Assembly (NCBI GenBank): GCA_003134695.1
Contig: PLCB01000016.1
Coordinates: 3,528-67,527, forward strand
Direction of reading: 5' to 3'
Length of the DNA stretch: 64,000 bases
Source: Candidatus Zemynaea palustris
GTDB taxonomy: Bacteria; Vulcanimicrobiota; Vulcanimicrobiia; Vulcanimicrobiales; Vulcanimicrobiaceae
The position numbers and the translations under genes are program-made. Positions 35,110 through 42,729 of this stretch are shown here, in pieces. Within the stretch, counting starts at the first letter, position 1. Each line of letters starts with the position of its first letter. The notes under the pieces were generated by a model that had not been told where the DNA came from, searched no databases, and worked only from the letters and a program-made list of their open reading frames with translations.

Positions 35110-35543
35110 TATGGTTCGATCCAAAACATCTCCTCGCCGAGCGAGACGAGCGCGCCGTTCTCGGGCAAGATGCGGCGGACGACGCCCGCATAGTCGCTGG
35201 TGATCTCGTTCATCAGCTTCATCGCTTCGAGGATGCAAAGAACTTGGCCGACCTCGACGCGATCGCCGACCTCGACAAACGCCTCGGCTCCAGGTGCCGA
35301 AGCGAGATAGAACACGCCGATGATCGGCGCGGTAACCTTCTTATAATTCGCGGCCGCAACGGCTTCGGCCGACGCAGCGGCCGACACGTTTCCTTCGCTT
35401 GCAGCCGCCGGCGTAGCCGGAGTCCCTTCGACGCGCTGGACCAATTCGTACGTCCGCTCGCCGGAACGCACGGTCAGTGCGTCGAGATCGTTGTCGCGCA
35501 TGATCTCGAGCATCCCCTCGAGTCCCTCGCGTTCTTCGATCAT
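35109..35543 (-). CDS. accB: biotin carboxyl carrier protein (AccB)
   Basis: 144 aa with an Ala/Pro linker and the biotinylation motif CILEAMKLMNEI. Confidence 0.85.
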   Translation of the reverse strand: MIEEREGLEGMLEIMRDNDLDALTVRSGERTYELVQRVEGTPATPAAASEGNVSAAASAEAVAAANYKKVTAPIIGVFYLASAPGAEAFVEVGDRVEVGQVLCILEAMKLMNEITSDYAGVVRRILPENGALVSLGEEMFWIEP

Positions 35544-36859
35544 ACGGCCTCGGGAAAGGCGGTCGCGGGTCGCAATTCGCGATACCAGCGCAGGATTTCG
35601 TCGGCTGTGACTTCGGCCGAAGCCAGCGGCACCGAGAGTTTGGACTGCGTGCGCGCGACCAGATCTCTCGCGACGACGACGCTCGCCGCCACTTCGTCGT
35701 CGCCGAGGATCACCGCCGCTCGTGCGTTGGCCCGGTCGGCGCGTTTGAGTTGGCGCTCGAGTTTCGCCTCGCCGTAATCTTGGATGATCGGCACTCCGGC
35801 GTCGTCGCGCCGGCGCAACGCCGCGAGCAGCTCGAGGCTGAGTTTTCGCGCACGCGCTCCGAGGGCCACGACCGCTATCCCTTCGCGCTCCGCCGCCGCG
35901 CTCGCCCCCATTTCGTCGAGCAGCATCAGAAAACGCTCGAGACCGAGGCCGAACCCGACGCCCGGCGTCGGCGGGCCGCCGAGCGAGCGCACCAAATCGT
36001 CGTAACGTCCGCCGCCGCAGATCGCATTCTGCGAGCCGAGAAATTCCGAGTCGAACTCGAAGACCGTGCGCGTGTAGTAGTCGAAACCGCGAACCAGCCG
36101 CGGTTCGACCTGATGCGGTATGCCGATCGCATCGAGCCCCGCGCGAACCGCATCGAAGTGGGCGCGGCTCTCGGCGGAGAGCAGGTCGAGAAATGTCGGC
36201 GCATTCGCGATGAACGCACGATCCTCGGGAGCTTTGCTATCGAGGATGCGTAGCGGGTTGCGCTCGAGCCGGCGCCGGGAGTCCTCGGATAGCGCGTCGC
36301 GGTGCGGTTCGAAATGGCGCAGGAGCGCTTCGCGATAGGCCGGACGATCGCGTTCGTCGCCGATCGAGTTGAGCCGCAAGACGATACCTGGAATGCGATA
36401 CGCGCGCAGCAGTTCGTAGGCGAGGTGGATGACTTCGACGTCGGCTTCGGGCTCGCCGTAACCGAAACACTCGACACCGAACTGATGCGCTTGACGGTAG
36501 CGCCCTTTCTGGGGACGTTCGTGCCGGAAGAACGAGCCGACGTAGTAGAGCCGCTGCGGACCGCTCGACAAGAGGTTGTGCTCGAGCAGCGCGCGCACGA
36601 CCGGCGCCGTCCACTCGGGCCGAAGCGTGAGACTGCGGCCCCCCTTGTCGGTGAACGTGTACATCTCTTTCTCGACGATGTCGGTCGTATCGCCGACGCC
36701 GCGCACGAAGAGTTCGGTAGCCTCGAACACCGGCGTGCGGATCTCGCCATACCCGAAGCGACGCGCGATCGCGTGGATGCGCGCTTCAAGAGCTTGCCAG
36801 CGGGCGCTCTCGGGGGGATAGACGTCTGCCGTCCCCCGCGGGGCGGCGAGTTTGCTCAC
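35540..36859 (-). CDS. hisS: histidyl-tRNA synthetase
   Basis: 439 aa with PRGTADVYP, LTLRPEWTAPVVRA, FRHERPQKGRYRQ and GGGRYD. Confidence 0.95.
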   Translation of the reverse strand: MSKLAAPRGTADVYPPESARWQALEARIHAIARRFGYGEIRTPVFEATELFVRGVGDTTDIVEKEMYTFTDKGGRSLTLRPEWTAPVVRALLEHNLLSSGPQRLYYVGSFFRHERPQKGRYRQAHQFGVECFGYGEPEADVEVIHLAYELLRAYRIPGIVLRLNSIGDERDRPAYREALLRHFEPHRDALSEDSRRRLERNPLRILDSKAPEDRAFIANAPTFLDLLSAESRAHFDAVRAGLDAIGIPHQVEPRLVRGFDYYTRTVFEFDSEFLGSQNAICGGGRYDDLVRSLGGPPTPGVGFGLGLERFLMLLDEMGASAAAEREGIAVVALGARARKLSLELLAALRRRDDAGVPIIQDYGEAKLERQLKRADRANARAAVILGDDEVAASVVVARDLVARTQSKLSVPLASAEVTADEILRWYRELRPATAFPEAV

Positions 36860-36889
36860 CTCGTCCTTCTTTGACGGCGGCCGCCCGAA

Positions 36890-38047
36890 ATGCCTCGACC
36901 GACCCGCGGGACCCTCGTCCCAGCGTGCGTGGTCCTCGCGCTCATCGCCATCGTCCCACCCGTCTCGCTCGCGGGCGCGCTCGCCGCAGCGGCGGGGACG
37001 CTCTTCGAAGCGCTGCCGTTTGTGGTCGGCGCCGCGCTGCTCCCGCGCGTGCGACTGCTGAAATTTCTGCCGTCGCTCGCGTGCGGTTGCGGCGGGGTCT
37101 TGCCGGCGGCGCTCGCGTTGCCGGCGCTGGCTTTGACGTGGATTTCATTCGGCCCGGTCGTTGCCGTCGCGCGCACCGCAGTGGCGCTGAGCGTCGTCTT
37201 CGTACGACTGCGCCGCCCGTCGGCGCCGCGCCTCGCAGCGGCAGACGAACGCGATCCGCTGGCCGAGTTGACGACGCTCGCGCTGGCGTCGGGTTCGGCA
37301 TCGCTCGTGGCGGAACTCTTCCGCGCACACGTCGTTCTCGCGCATGGTCTCGTAGGCGCCGCCGCATCGCTTTCGCTCGGAGCGTTCATCGGAATCATCG
37401 CCCCCTGCGCGACCACCGGCATCGGTGCCGCGATCGCGTTGCACGCGGCCGATCCCTGGGCGACCTTCGGTTTGCTGGCGACGAGCGGCATCTTCTCGCT
37501 CCACACTCCGCGCATCGCCGCGCCGCACGAGCGCGATGCGCGGTTCGCGTTCGGGCTTTTGGGGTTTGCCTGCCTGATGGTGTGGTCGTGCGGAACGCAC
37601 GGGTTTCTCAATCCACGGTTCGCGCTCGTCCTTCCAACCGGCGCTCTGGTGGCGAGCATCGCCGCGATCCGCCGAACGCCGACGCGAAGCATCGCCTCAT
37701 TCGCCGCTCCCGCTATGGTGCTGAGTGCACTCGTTCTCGGTTCGCCGCCGCCGCTCGATTCGACGGCGACCGTCCCGGTCGACCTCTATCCGGGCCGAAG
37801 CGTCACGTTCATGGGTCGAATCGCGCGCAGCAACTCGTCCTCGACGACGCTAGTTCGCTCGGCCATCCTTTGCTGCCGCGCCGACGCGCAACAACTCTCG
37901 CTGACCCTCGATCGCCGTTTGGATGCCAAAGTGGGCGCGTGGGTCGACGTGCGCGGCATCGCCGCGACGCGAGCACGAAACCTCATCCTGCGTGTCGAGC
38001 GCGCCCGCGTCGTGACGCCGCCGGAAGACCCGTACCTCTACCTGTGA
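36890..38047 (+). CDS. multi-TM permease-like protein with DUF1980/TIGR03943-like C-terminal domain
   Basis: 385 aa, about 8 hydrophobic helices, and an ACGCGG motif in TM2. The C-terminal soluble ~110 aa has ILCCRADAQ...GAWVDVRG...PPEDPYLYL, resembling DUF1980. Confidence 0.6.
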   Translation: MPRPTRGTLVPACVVLALIAIVPPVSLAGALAAAAGTLFEALPFVVGAALLPRVRLLKFLPSLACGCGGVLPAALALPALALTWISFGPVVAVARTAVALSVVFVRLRRPSAPRLAAADERDPLAELTTLALASGSASLVAELFRAHVVLAHGLVGAAASLSLGAFIGIIAPCATTGIGAAIALHAADPWATFGLLATSGIFSLHTPRIAAPHERDARFAFGLLGFACLMVWSCGTHGFLNPRFALVLPTGALVASIAAIRRTPTRSIASFAAPAMVLSALVLGSPPPLDSTATVPVDLYPGRSVTFMGRIARSNSSSTTLVRSAILCCRADAQQLSLTLDRRLDAKVGAWVDVRGIAATRARNLILRVERARVVTPPEDPYLYL

Positions 38048-38048
38048 G

Positions 38049-38438
38049 CTAGCGAGTTCGCGGCTCGAGCAACTCGACCGGGATGCCGTTGGGATCCTCG
38101 ACGAAGGCGATCCAACGCGTCCCGCCCGGCGACTTCTTCGGCCCCTTGATGACCTTCACGCCACCGGCCTGGAGGCGCTCGACGAAGGCCGGCAAGTCGC
38201 CGTCGACCTCGACCGCAAGGTGCTCGTAGCGATTGCCGATCTCGTACGGCGGATGTTTTTCGAGATCGTAGACGAGTTCGATGTACGAGCTCCAATCGGC
38301 GCCGACGAACGCCATGTCGGCGTTTCCGGGAAAATGATTCGGTCCATCGAGCAGCTTGAGCCCGAGCTTCTTGGTGTAGAACTCGATCGATTCGTTCATA
38401 TCGTTGACGAAGATCGACGTGTGCAAATAGCGCGGCAT
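38049..38438 (-). CDS. glyoxalase I / VOC-family lyase
   Basis: 129 aa: HTSIFVNDMNESIEFYTKKLGLK...YEHLAVEVDD-like...FVEDPNGIPVELLE. Confidence 0.8.
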   Translation of the reverse strand: MPRYLHTSIFVNDMNESIEFYTKKLGLKLLDGPNHFPGNADMAFVGADWSSYIELVYDLEKHPPYEIGNRYEHLAVEVDGDLPAFVERLQAGGVKVIKGPKKSPGGTRWIAFVEDPNGIPVELLEPRTR

Positions 38439-38562
38439 GGGTCTTCCGTTCGACTTTTCCGTCGAATTCCCAGTCCCATCTCAGCGTCGTCTAAACAGCC
38501 GGACATACGCTGACTGCACGGGCTCGGCCCGATTCGTTTTCCGTGGCCCGCGGAGGAGATTC

Positions 38563-38955
38563 ATGAAACACACCCTGTTGGCCGTCGTCATCCTCGCGCT
38601 CTGCGCGACCGCCGTCTCGAGGGCGGCGGCCGATGATCCGGCAACGAGCGTAAGCTTCAGCGACGGCGCGATCGCGACCGGATACGACCATTGCGGCGAG
38701 GCCGATCTTTGCGCCAAGATCAAGTATCGCGACGGCGATTCACTGCTGTTTTTCTCGGAAGGGGCCGCTTTAGGCCAGCCGTACGTCGTTCACGTCGTCC
38801 GGACACGCCAGAAGCAGACGCTCTTCGAGTATTCGCGCCGCCTCGAGAACGTGGGAACGAGCCTCACGCTCGATCATGGGCTCGTGCGCTTGATGGCGTA
38901 TTTGAACAAAGACGGGACGCTCCGTTTTACGTTCGTGCCGACGACGGCGAGGTGA
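38563..38955 (+). CDS. secreted hypothetical protein
   Basis: From ATG 38563 with GGAGGAG upstream. Signal peptide MKHTLLAVVILALCATAVSRAAA|D. Confidence 0.55.
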   Translation: MKHTLLAVVILALCATAVSRAAADDPATSVSFSDGAIATGYDHCGEADLCAKIKYRDGDSLLFFSEGAALGQPYVVHVVRTRQKQTLFEYSRRLENVGTSLTLDHGLVRLMAYLNKDGTLRFTFVPTTAR

Positions 38956-40138
38956 GCTCCGGCTTGGTGCGCTTGCGGCCGCCGTAGACGCGGGCGAGCA
39001 CGTCGTCGCGAACGCGGCACTTGGCGCACGCGCCGCAAGCGCGCTCGCCGGCTTCTTCGCATGACCGCGACAGCGCAAACGGAACCTTGAGACGCTTCCC
39101 GAGTTGCACCGTTTGAAACCGCGTGTGGTTGCGCAGCGGCGTCAGGATTTCGAGCTTCTTCAAATCGGTCCAGCGCAGGTCACTCGATTGATCGAACGCC
39201 TTCCCCAGCAGATCGACGAACCGCGGGTGGTCGCCGTACGAGCCCGCGGAAGGCACGCCCTTCGTGTCTTGCCGGCCGCGCCAAGCCAGGGCCATCTTGG
39301 GAACCCCGAGCCCGTCACAATATGATGCCGCTATCCCGAAAAAGATGAAGTTTCGCATCGGAACCCAGCTGTTGAGCGCGTACTTCGAATTCGCCGCATC
39401 CGGGTAGAAAAACGGAAAACGCTTCCAGAGGTCGAGGCGCATCGTCTCCTTCGAGAACTCGCCGTCGTAGTGGCGTGCGATGTTGCGCGCCGCCTCTTCC
39501 TCTTCGGCGGCGGCCGGTTGCCCGTAGTCGATGAAGACGCTATGCGGTTTATAGCCGTTGGCCTTGAGCCATGCGATCGTCACGAGGCTATCGAGGCCAC
39601 CTGAATTCAGGACGATCGCCGGGTTCGAGTACGATGCCCCCGGACAGGCGGCCAATGTGTACTTCAAGTCTTCGAAACCGTGAAGAAAATACTCGGTTTT
39701 CGGCCAGTCGCGGCACCAGCGCGGCCGCGCCTCGTAGACCGTGCAGAGATTGTCGTCGCCGAGGAAGACGCACTGCGTCTTGTCTTCGTAATAGTGCAGC
39801 CGGCCGTCTCTGCCGCGGAGCATCTTGCTCTTGGGAATGCGCGGCGCGTCAGGATAGCGTTCGTAGATCGCTTGCAGGTCGTCCTCGGCGAAGGTGACCC
39901 ACGCGCTCTTTGCCCCCGGCCCGATCATCGTGCAGCAGTTTTGCGGACAACCGAAGCACTTGCTCTGATCGAACTCGACCCCTTCGATGTAGCGAGCTTC
40001 CTCGATGTACTTCTGCGGATGGTCGTCCGGGCTAAAATAGCTTTGCAGAAGATCGACGAACTCGGGGAGACTGGTGGGCTGCTTGACGTCTCTGCGTGGC
40101 CCAGTATCCTGAAGGGTGCGTTTGCGCGAAGGCCGCAT
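38927..40138 (-). CDS. fusion protein: N-terminal YkgJ-type CxxCxxCC cysteine-cluster domain plus C-terminal QueC-like PP-loop ATPase
   Basis: The N-terminal part has CFGCPQNCC ... CVFLGDDNLCTVYEARPRWCRDWP (UPF0153/YkgJ pattern). The C-terminal part has the PP-loop LNSGGLDS, DYGQ, VPMRNFIFFGIAASY and the QueC-type zinc knuckle SC...CGACAKCRVR. Hand counts of 39301-39420 give 64/120 G+C, against 46/60 in a nearby purH sample. Confidence 0.75.
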   Translation of the reverse strand: MRPSRKRTLQDTGPRRDVKQPTSLPEFVDLLQSYFSPDDHPQKYIEEARYIEGVEFDQSKCFGCPQNCCTMIGPGAKSAWVTFAEDDLQAIYERYPDAPRIPKSKMLRGRDGRLHYYEDKTQCVFLGDDNLCTVYEARPRWCRDWPKTEYFLHGFEDLKYTLAACPGASYSNPAIVLNSGGLDSLVTIAWLKANGYKPHSVFIDYGQPAAAEEEEAARNIARHYDGEFSKETMRLDLWKRFPFFYPDAANSKYALNSWVPMRNFIFFGIAASYCDGLGVPKMALAWRGRQDTKGVPSAGSYGDHPRFVDLLGKAFDQSSDLRWTDLKKLEILTPLRNHTRFQTVQLGKRLKVPFALSRSCEEAGERACGACAKCRVRDDVLARVYGGRKRTKPELTSPSSART

Positions 40139-40227
40139 GAGCGCTTCTTATCGGGGCGAGAGAGACGGCGCCTGCCTATTCGGTGCGGTTGGCGCATCGA
40201 CCAATTTGTCATCTGCTGCAAGAACGG

Positions 40228-41136
40228 CTAGGCCCGATGCGCTGGGACGAGTGTCAACGCCAGCGCGAGCACCAGCAGCGCGCCGCCGACGATCGCAACC
40301 GGCCCGAGAGATTCGTGGACCACGAGGATGGAGAGCGTCGTTCCGGTCGCGATCGCAGCGTACTGGCTCCCAGCGGTCGCAATCGTCACGTTGGCCCGCT
40401 TGATCGCCTCGGCGTGCGCCGCCGGTGCGAGCAGCGCCGAAATTACGACCAGCGCCACCAGCACTTTGATTGCGACGTCGGGCGTCGCGAGCGAATGGGC
40501 GACCGCGGTCGGGATAAGCGGCGCGCCGACAAGCGCGACCAGCGCGAAGCCGCCACCCCACGCGATCGCCGTGACGAACGGCGTCGGATAGCGGCTCGTG
40601 AGCCGCAGCATGACGTAGGAGTATGTTGCGAAGACGGCGAGCCAGCCGAACATCACCGCGTCGCCGAAAAGCGATGTCCCGCCGCTCGCCTTTCCAAACG
40701 CGATGAAGGCGACGCCGGCGGCCCCGACGCCGAGCGCGACGCGACGCAGCGTGTCGAGCGGGCGGTGCAGCACGACCGCTTCGAAGGTTGCAACCGCCAG
40801 CGGCGCGAGGCCCTGCAGCAGCACGGCATGCGCGGCGCTCGTGTGCTGAATGGCGAGTTGGTACAAGAAATTCAGGCCGAAGCCGACCAGGAGCGCGGCG
40901 GCCAGAAAAAGCCACGCGTCGCCGCGCTCGATCGTTCCGGCGCGAGGGCGCGTCAGCAGCGCGAGAACCACAAACGGCGGGACCGCCCAAAAACCGCGCG
41001 CAACCGAGAGTGAAAACGCGTCGAACAACGTTCCGCCTTGCGCCAGAAAGAGCAGCTTGGCGGCGGGAGCGAGCATTCCCCATCCGATCCCCGCGCCAAT
41101 CGCCAACGCGGCTCCAAGAGCCGAACTCCGACGCAC
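40228..41136 (-). CDS. DMT-superfamily (EamA-like) transporter
   Basis: 302 aa, ten hydrophobic helices, two EamA-like halves. Confidence 0.8.
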   Translation of the reverse strand: MRRSSALGAALAIGAGIGWGMLAPAAKLLFLAQGGTLFDAFSLSVARGFWAVPPFVVLALLTRPRAGTIERGDAWLFLAAALLVGFGLNFLYQLAIQHTSAAHAVLLQGLAPLAVATFEAVVLHRPLDTLRRVALGVGAAGVAFIAFGKASGGTSLFGDAVMFGWLAVFATYSYVMLRLTSRYPTPFVTAIAWGGGFALVALVGAPLIPTAVAHSLATPDVAIKVLVALVVISALLAPAAHAEAIKRANVTIATAGSQYAAIATGTTLSILVVHESLGPVAIVGGALLVLALALTLVPAHRA

Positions 41137-41142
41137 TGCCGT

Positions 41143-42729
41143 TTAGTGTAGGAAGTAGCGGTGCGTCGAGAACACGAGCGCGATGCCGCGCGCGTCGGCG
41201 GCGGCGACGACCTCGGCGTCGCGAATCGAACCCTGCGGCGCGATCACCGCGGTGCAACCGGCGTCCGCGGCCGCTTCCAGGCCGTCGGCGAACGGAAAGA
41301 AGCCGTCGCTCGCGCACGCCGCTCCATGCGCGAATTCGCCGGCGCGACCGGTGGCGATGCGCACGGCGTCGACGCGGTTGGTTTGACCGGCGCAAATGCC
41401 GCGGGTCACGCCGTCGCGCGCGATCACGACACCGTTACTTTTCACATGGCGCACAACGTCCCACGCGAAGCCGAGCGCGCGCAGTTCATCCTCGGCCGGT
41501 TGTCGCTGCGATGCGACGCGCCAGCGCTCAGGCGCCGCCCTCGGATCGTCGTCTTCGGCGAGCACGCCGCCGAGCGCGCTACGCACCCGTAACTCGCGCG
41601 CGAGCCGTTCGGGAAGATTCGGATCGTAGCGAATGATCCTCAGGTCCCTCTTACGGCGCAGGCTCGCGAGCGCGTCGTCGTCGAACGACGGCGCCGCGAC
41701 GATCTCGAGAAACACGCCCGGGAGCACATCGGCGGTCGCACGGTCCACGGTTCCGCGGAGCGCGACGATGCCGCCGTATGCCGAGATGCGGTCGGCATCG
41801 ATGGCGAGTTGCACCGCCTCGGCGGCACTCGGTCGTTCGGCGACGCCGCACGGAACCGTGTGCTTGACGACGGCCGCGCGCACGACAACCTGCTGCATCG
41901 CAGCATGGGGATTCGGCGCCCGCACCAAGAGGCGCAGCGCCGCATCGAGATCGAGCAGGTTGTTATATGAAAGCGACTTGCCGTTCAGCTGCTCGGGGAG
42001 GACGTCCGTGCGCGACAGATAGAACGCGGCGCGCGATTGTGGATTCTCGCCATAGCGCAGCGACGTCGCGAGCGGGAGGGTGAGTGCGAGCGAACCGGGC
42101 AGGTCGGTCGCGAGCAAACCGGCCTCCAAGTAGCGCGCGATCGCCGAGTCGTATTCGGCCGTTCGTTCGAACGCGCGGGTCGCGAGCGTCCGGCGCGTCG
42201 CTCGATCGACGCGCTGCGGCGCGTCGATGACCTGCGCGTACTGACTTGGATCGACCAGGACCGTGACGTGCTCGAAGTTTTTTGCCGCGGCGCGAATCAG
42301 CGCGACGCCGCCGATGTCGATCTGCTCGATCGCCTCCTCGAGCGTCGCGCTCCCGTCGGCCACGGTGGTTTCGAAAGGATACAGGTTGACGACGACGATC
42401 CCGATGCGCGGGACGCCGTGTTCGACCCGCTCACGTTGGTGTACCGGATCGTTGCGATCCGCCAAGATCCCGCCGAAGACGCGCGGATGCAAGGTCTTCA
42501 CGCGCCCGTCGAAGAGCGAGGGAAAACCGGTGAGTTCGGCGACCTCTTGCGCCGCGATGCCGTGCTCGACCAAGTGCTTGTGCGTTCCGCTTGTCGCGTA
42601 GATCGGCGTCCCGCGGGTTTCGAGCGCGCGCGCCAACCCGACGACGCCGGTGCGGTCGTAGACCGAGATCAGCGCCGCTTCGCGCTCGGCCGGCGGTTCG
42701 CTACCCGGCAAGCGCCGTCTCCGGCGCAA
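41143..42729 (-). CDS. purH: bifunctional AICAR transformylase / IMP cyclohydrolase
   Basis: 528 aa: ALISVYDRTG, GRVKTLHP, VVVNLYPF and a C-terminal RHFLH-like end (HRYFLH). The N-terminus overlaps the smc 3' end by 29 nt, so the true start may be later. Confidence 0.95.
   Translation of the reverse strand: MRRRRRLPGSEPPAEREAALISVYDRTGVVGLARALETRGTPIYATSGTHKHLVEHGIAAQEVAELTGFPSLFDGRVKTLHPRVFGGILADRNDPVHQRERVEHGVPRIGIVVVNLYPFETTVADGSATLEEAIEQIDIGGVALIRAAAKNFEHVTVLVDPSQYAQVIDAPQRVDRATRRTLATRAFERTAEYDSAIARYLEAGLLATDLPGSLALTLPLATSLRYGENPQSRAAFYLSRTDVLPEQLNGKSLSYNNLLDLDAALRLLVRAPNPHAAMQQVVVRAAVVKHTVPCGVAERPSAAEAVQLAIDADRISAYGGIVALRGTVDRATADVLPGVFLEIVAAPSFDDDALASLRRKRDLRIIRYDPNLPERLARELRVRSALGGVLAEDDDPRAAPERWRVASQRQPAEDELRALGFAWDVVRHVKSNGVVIARDGVTRGICAGQTNRVDAVRIATGRAGEFAHGAACASDGFFPFADGLEAAADAGCTAVIAPQGSIRDAEVVAAADARGIALVFSTHRYFLH

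Noticed and set aside
36860-36889. Expected T-box leaders upstream of hisS, aspS (25509) and trpS (60522-60620), as in Firmicutes.
   Set aside because: The upstream gaps are only 30 nt, 0 nt and 99 nt. That is too short for a T-box, and no specifier or T-box sequence is visible.
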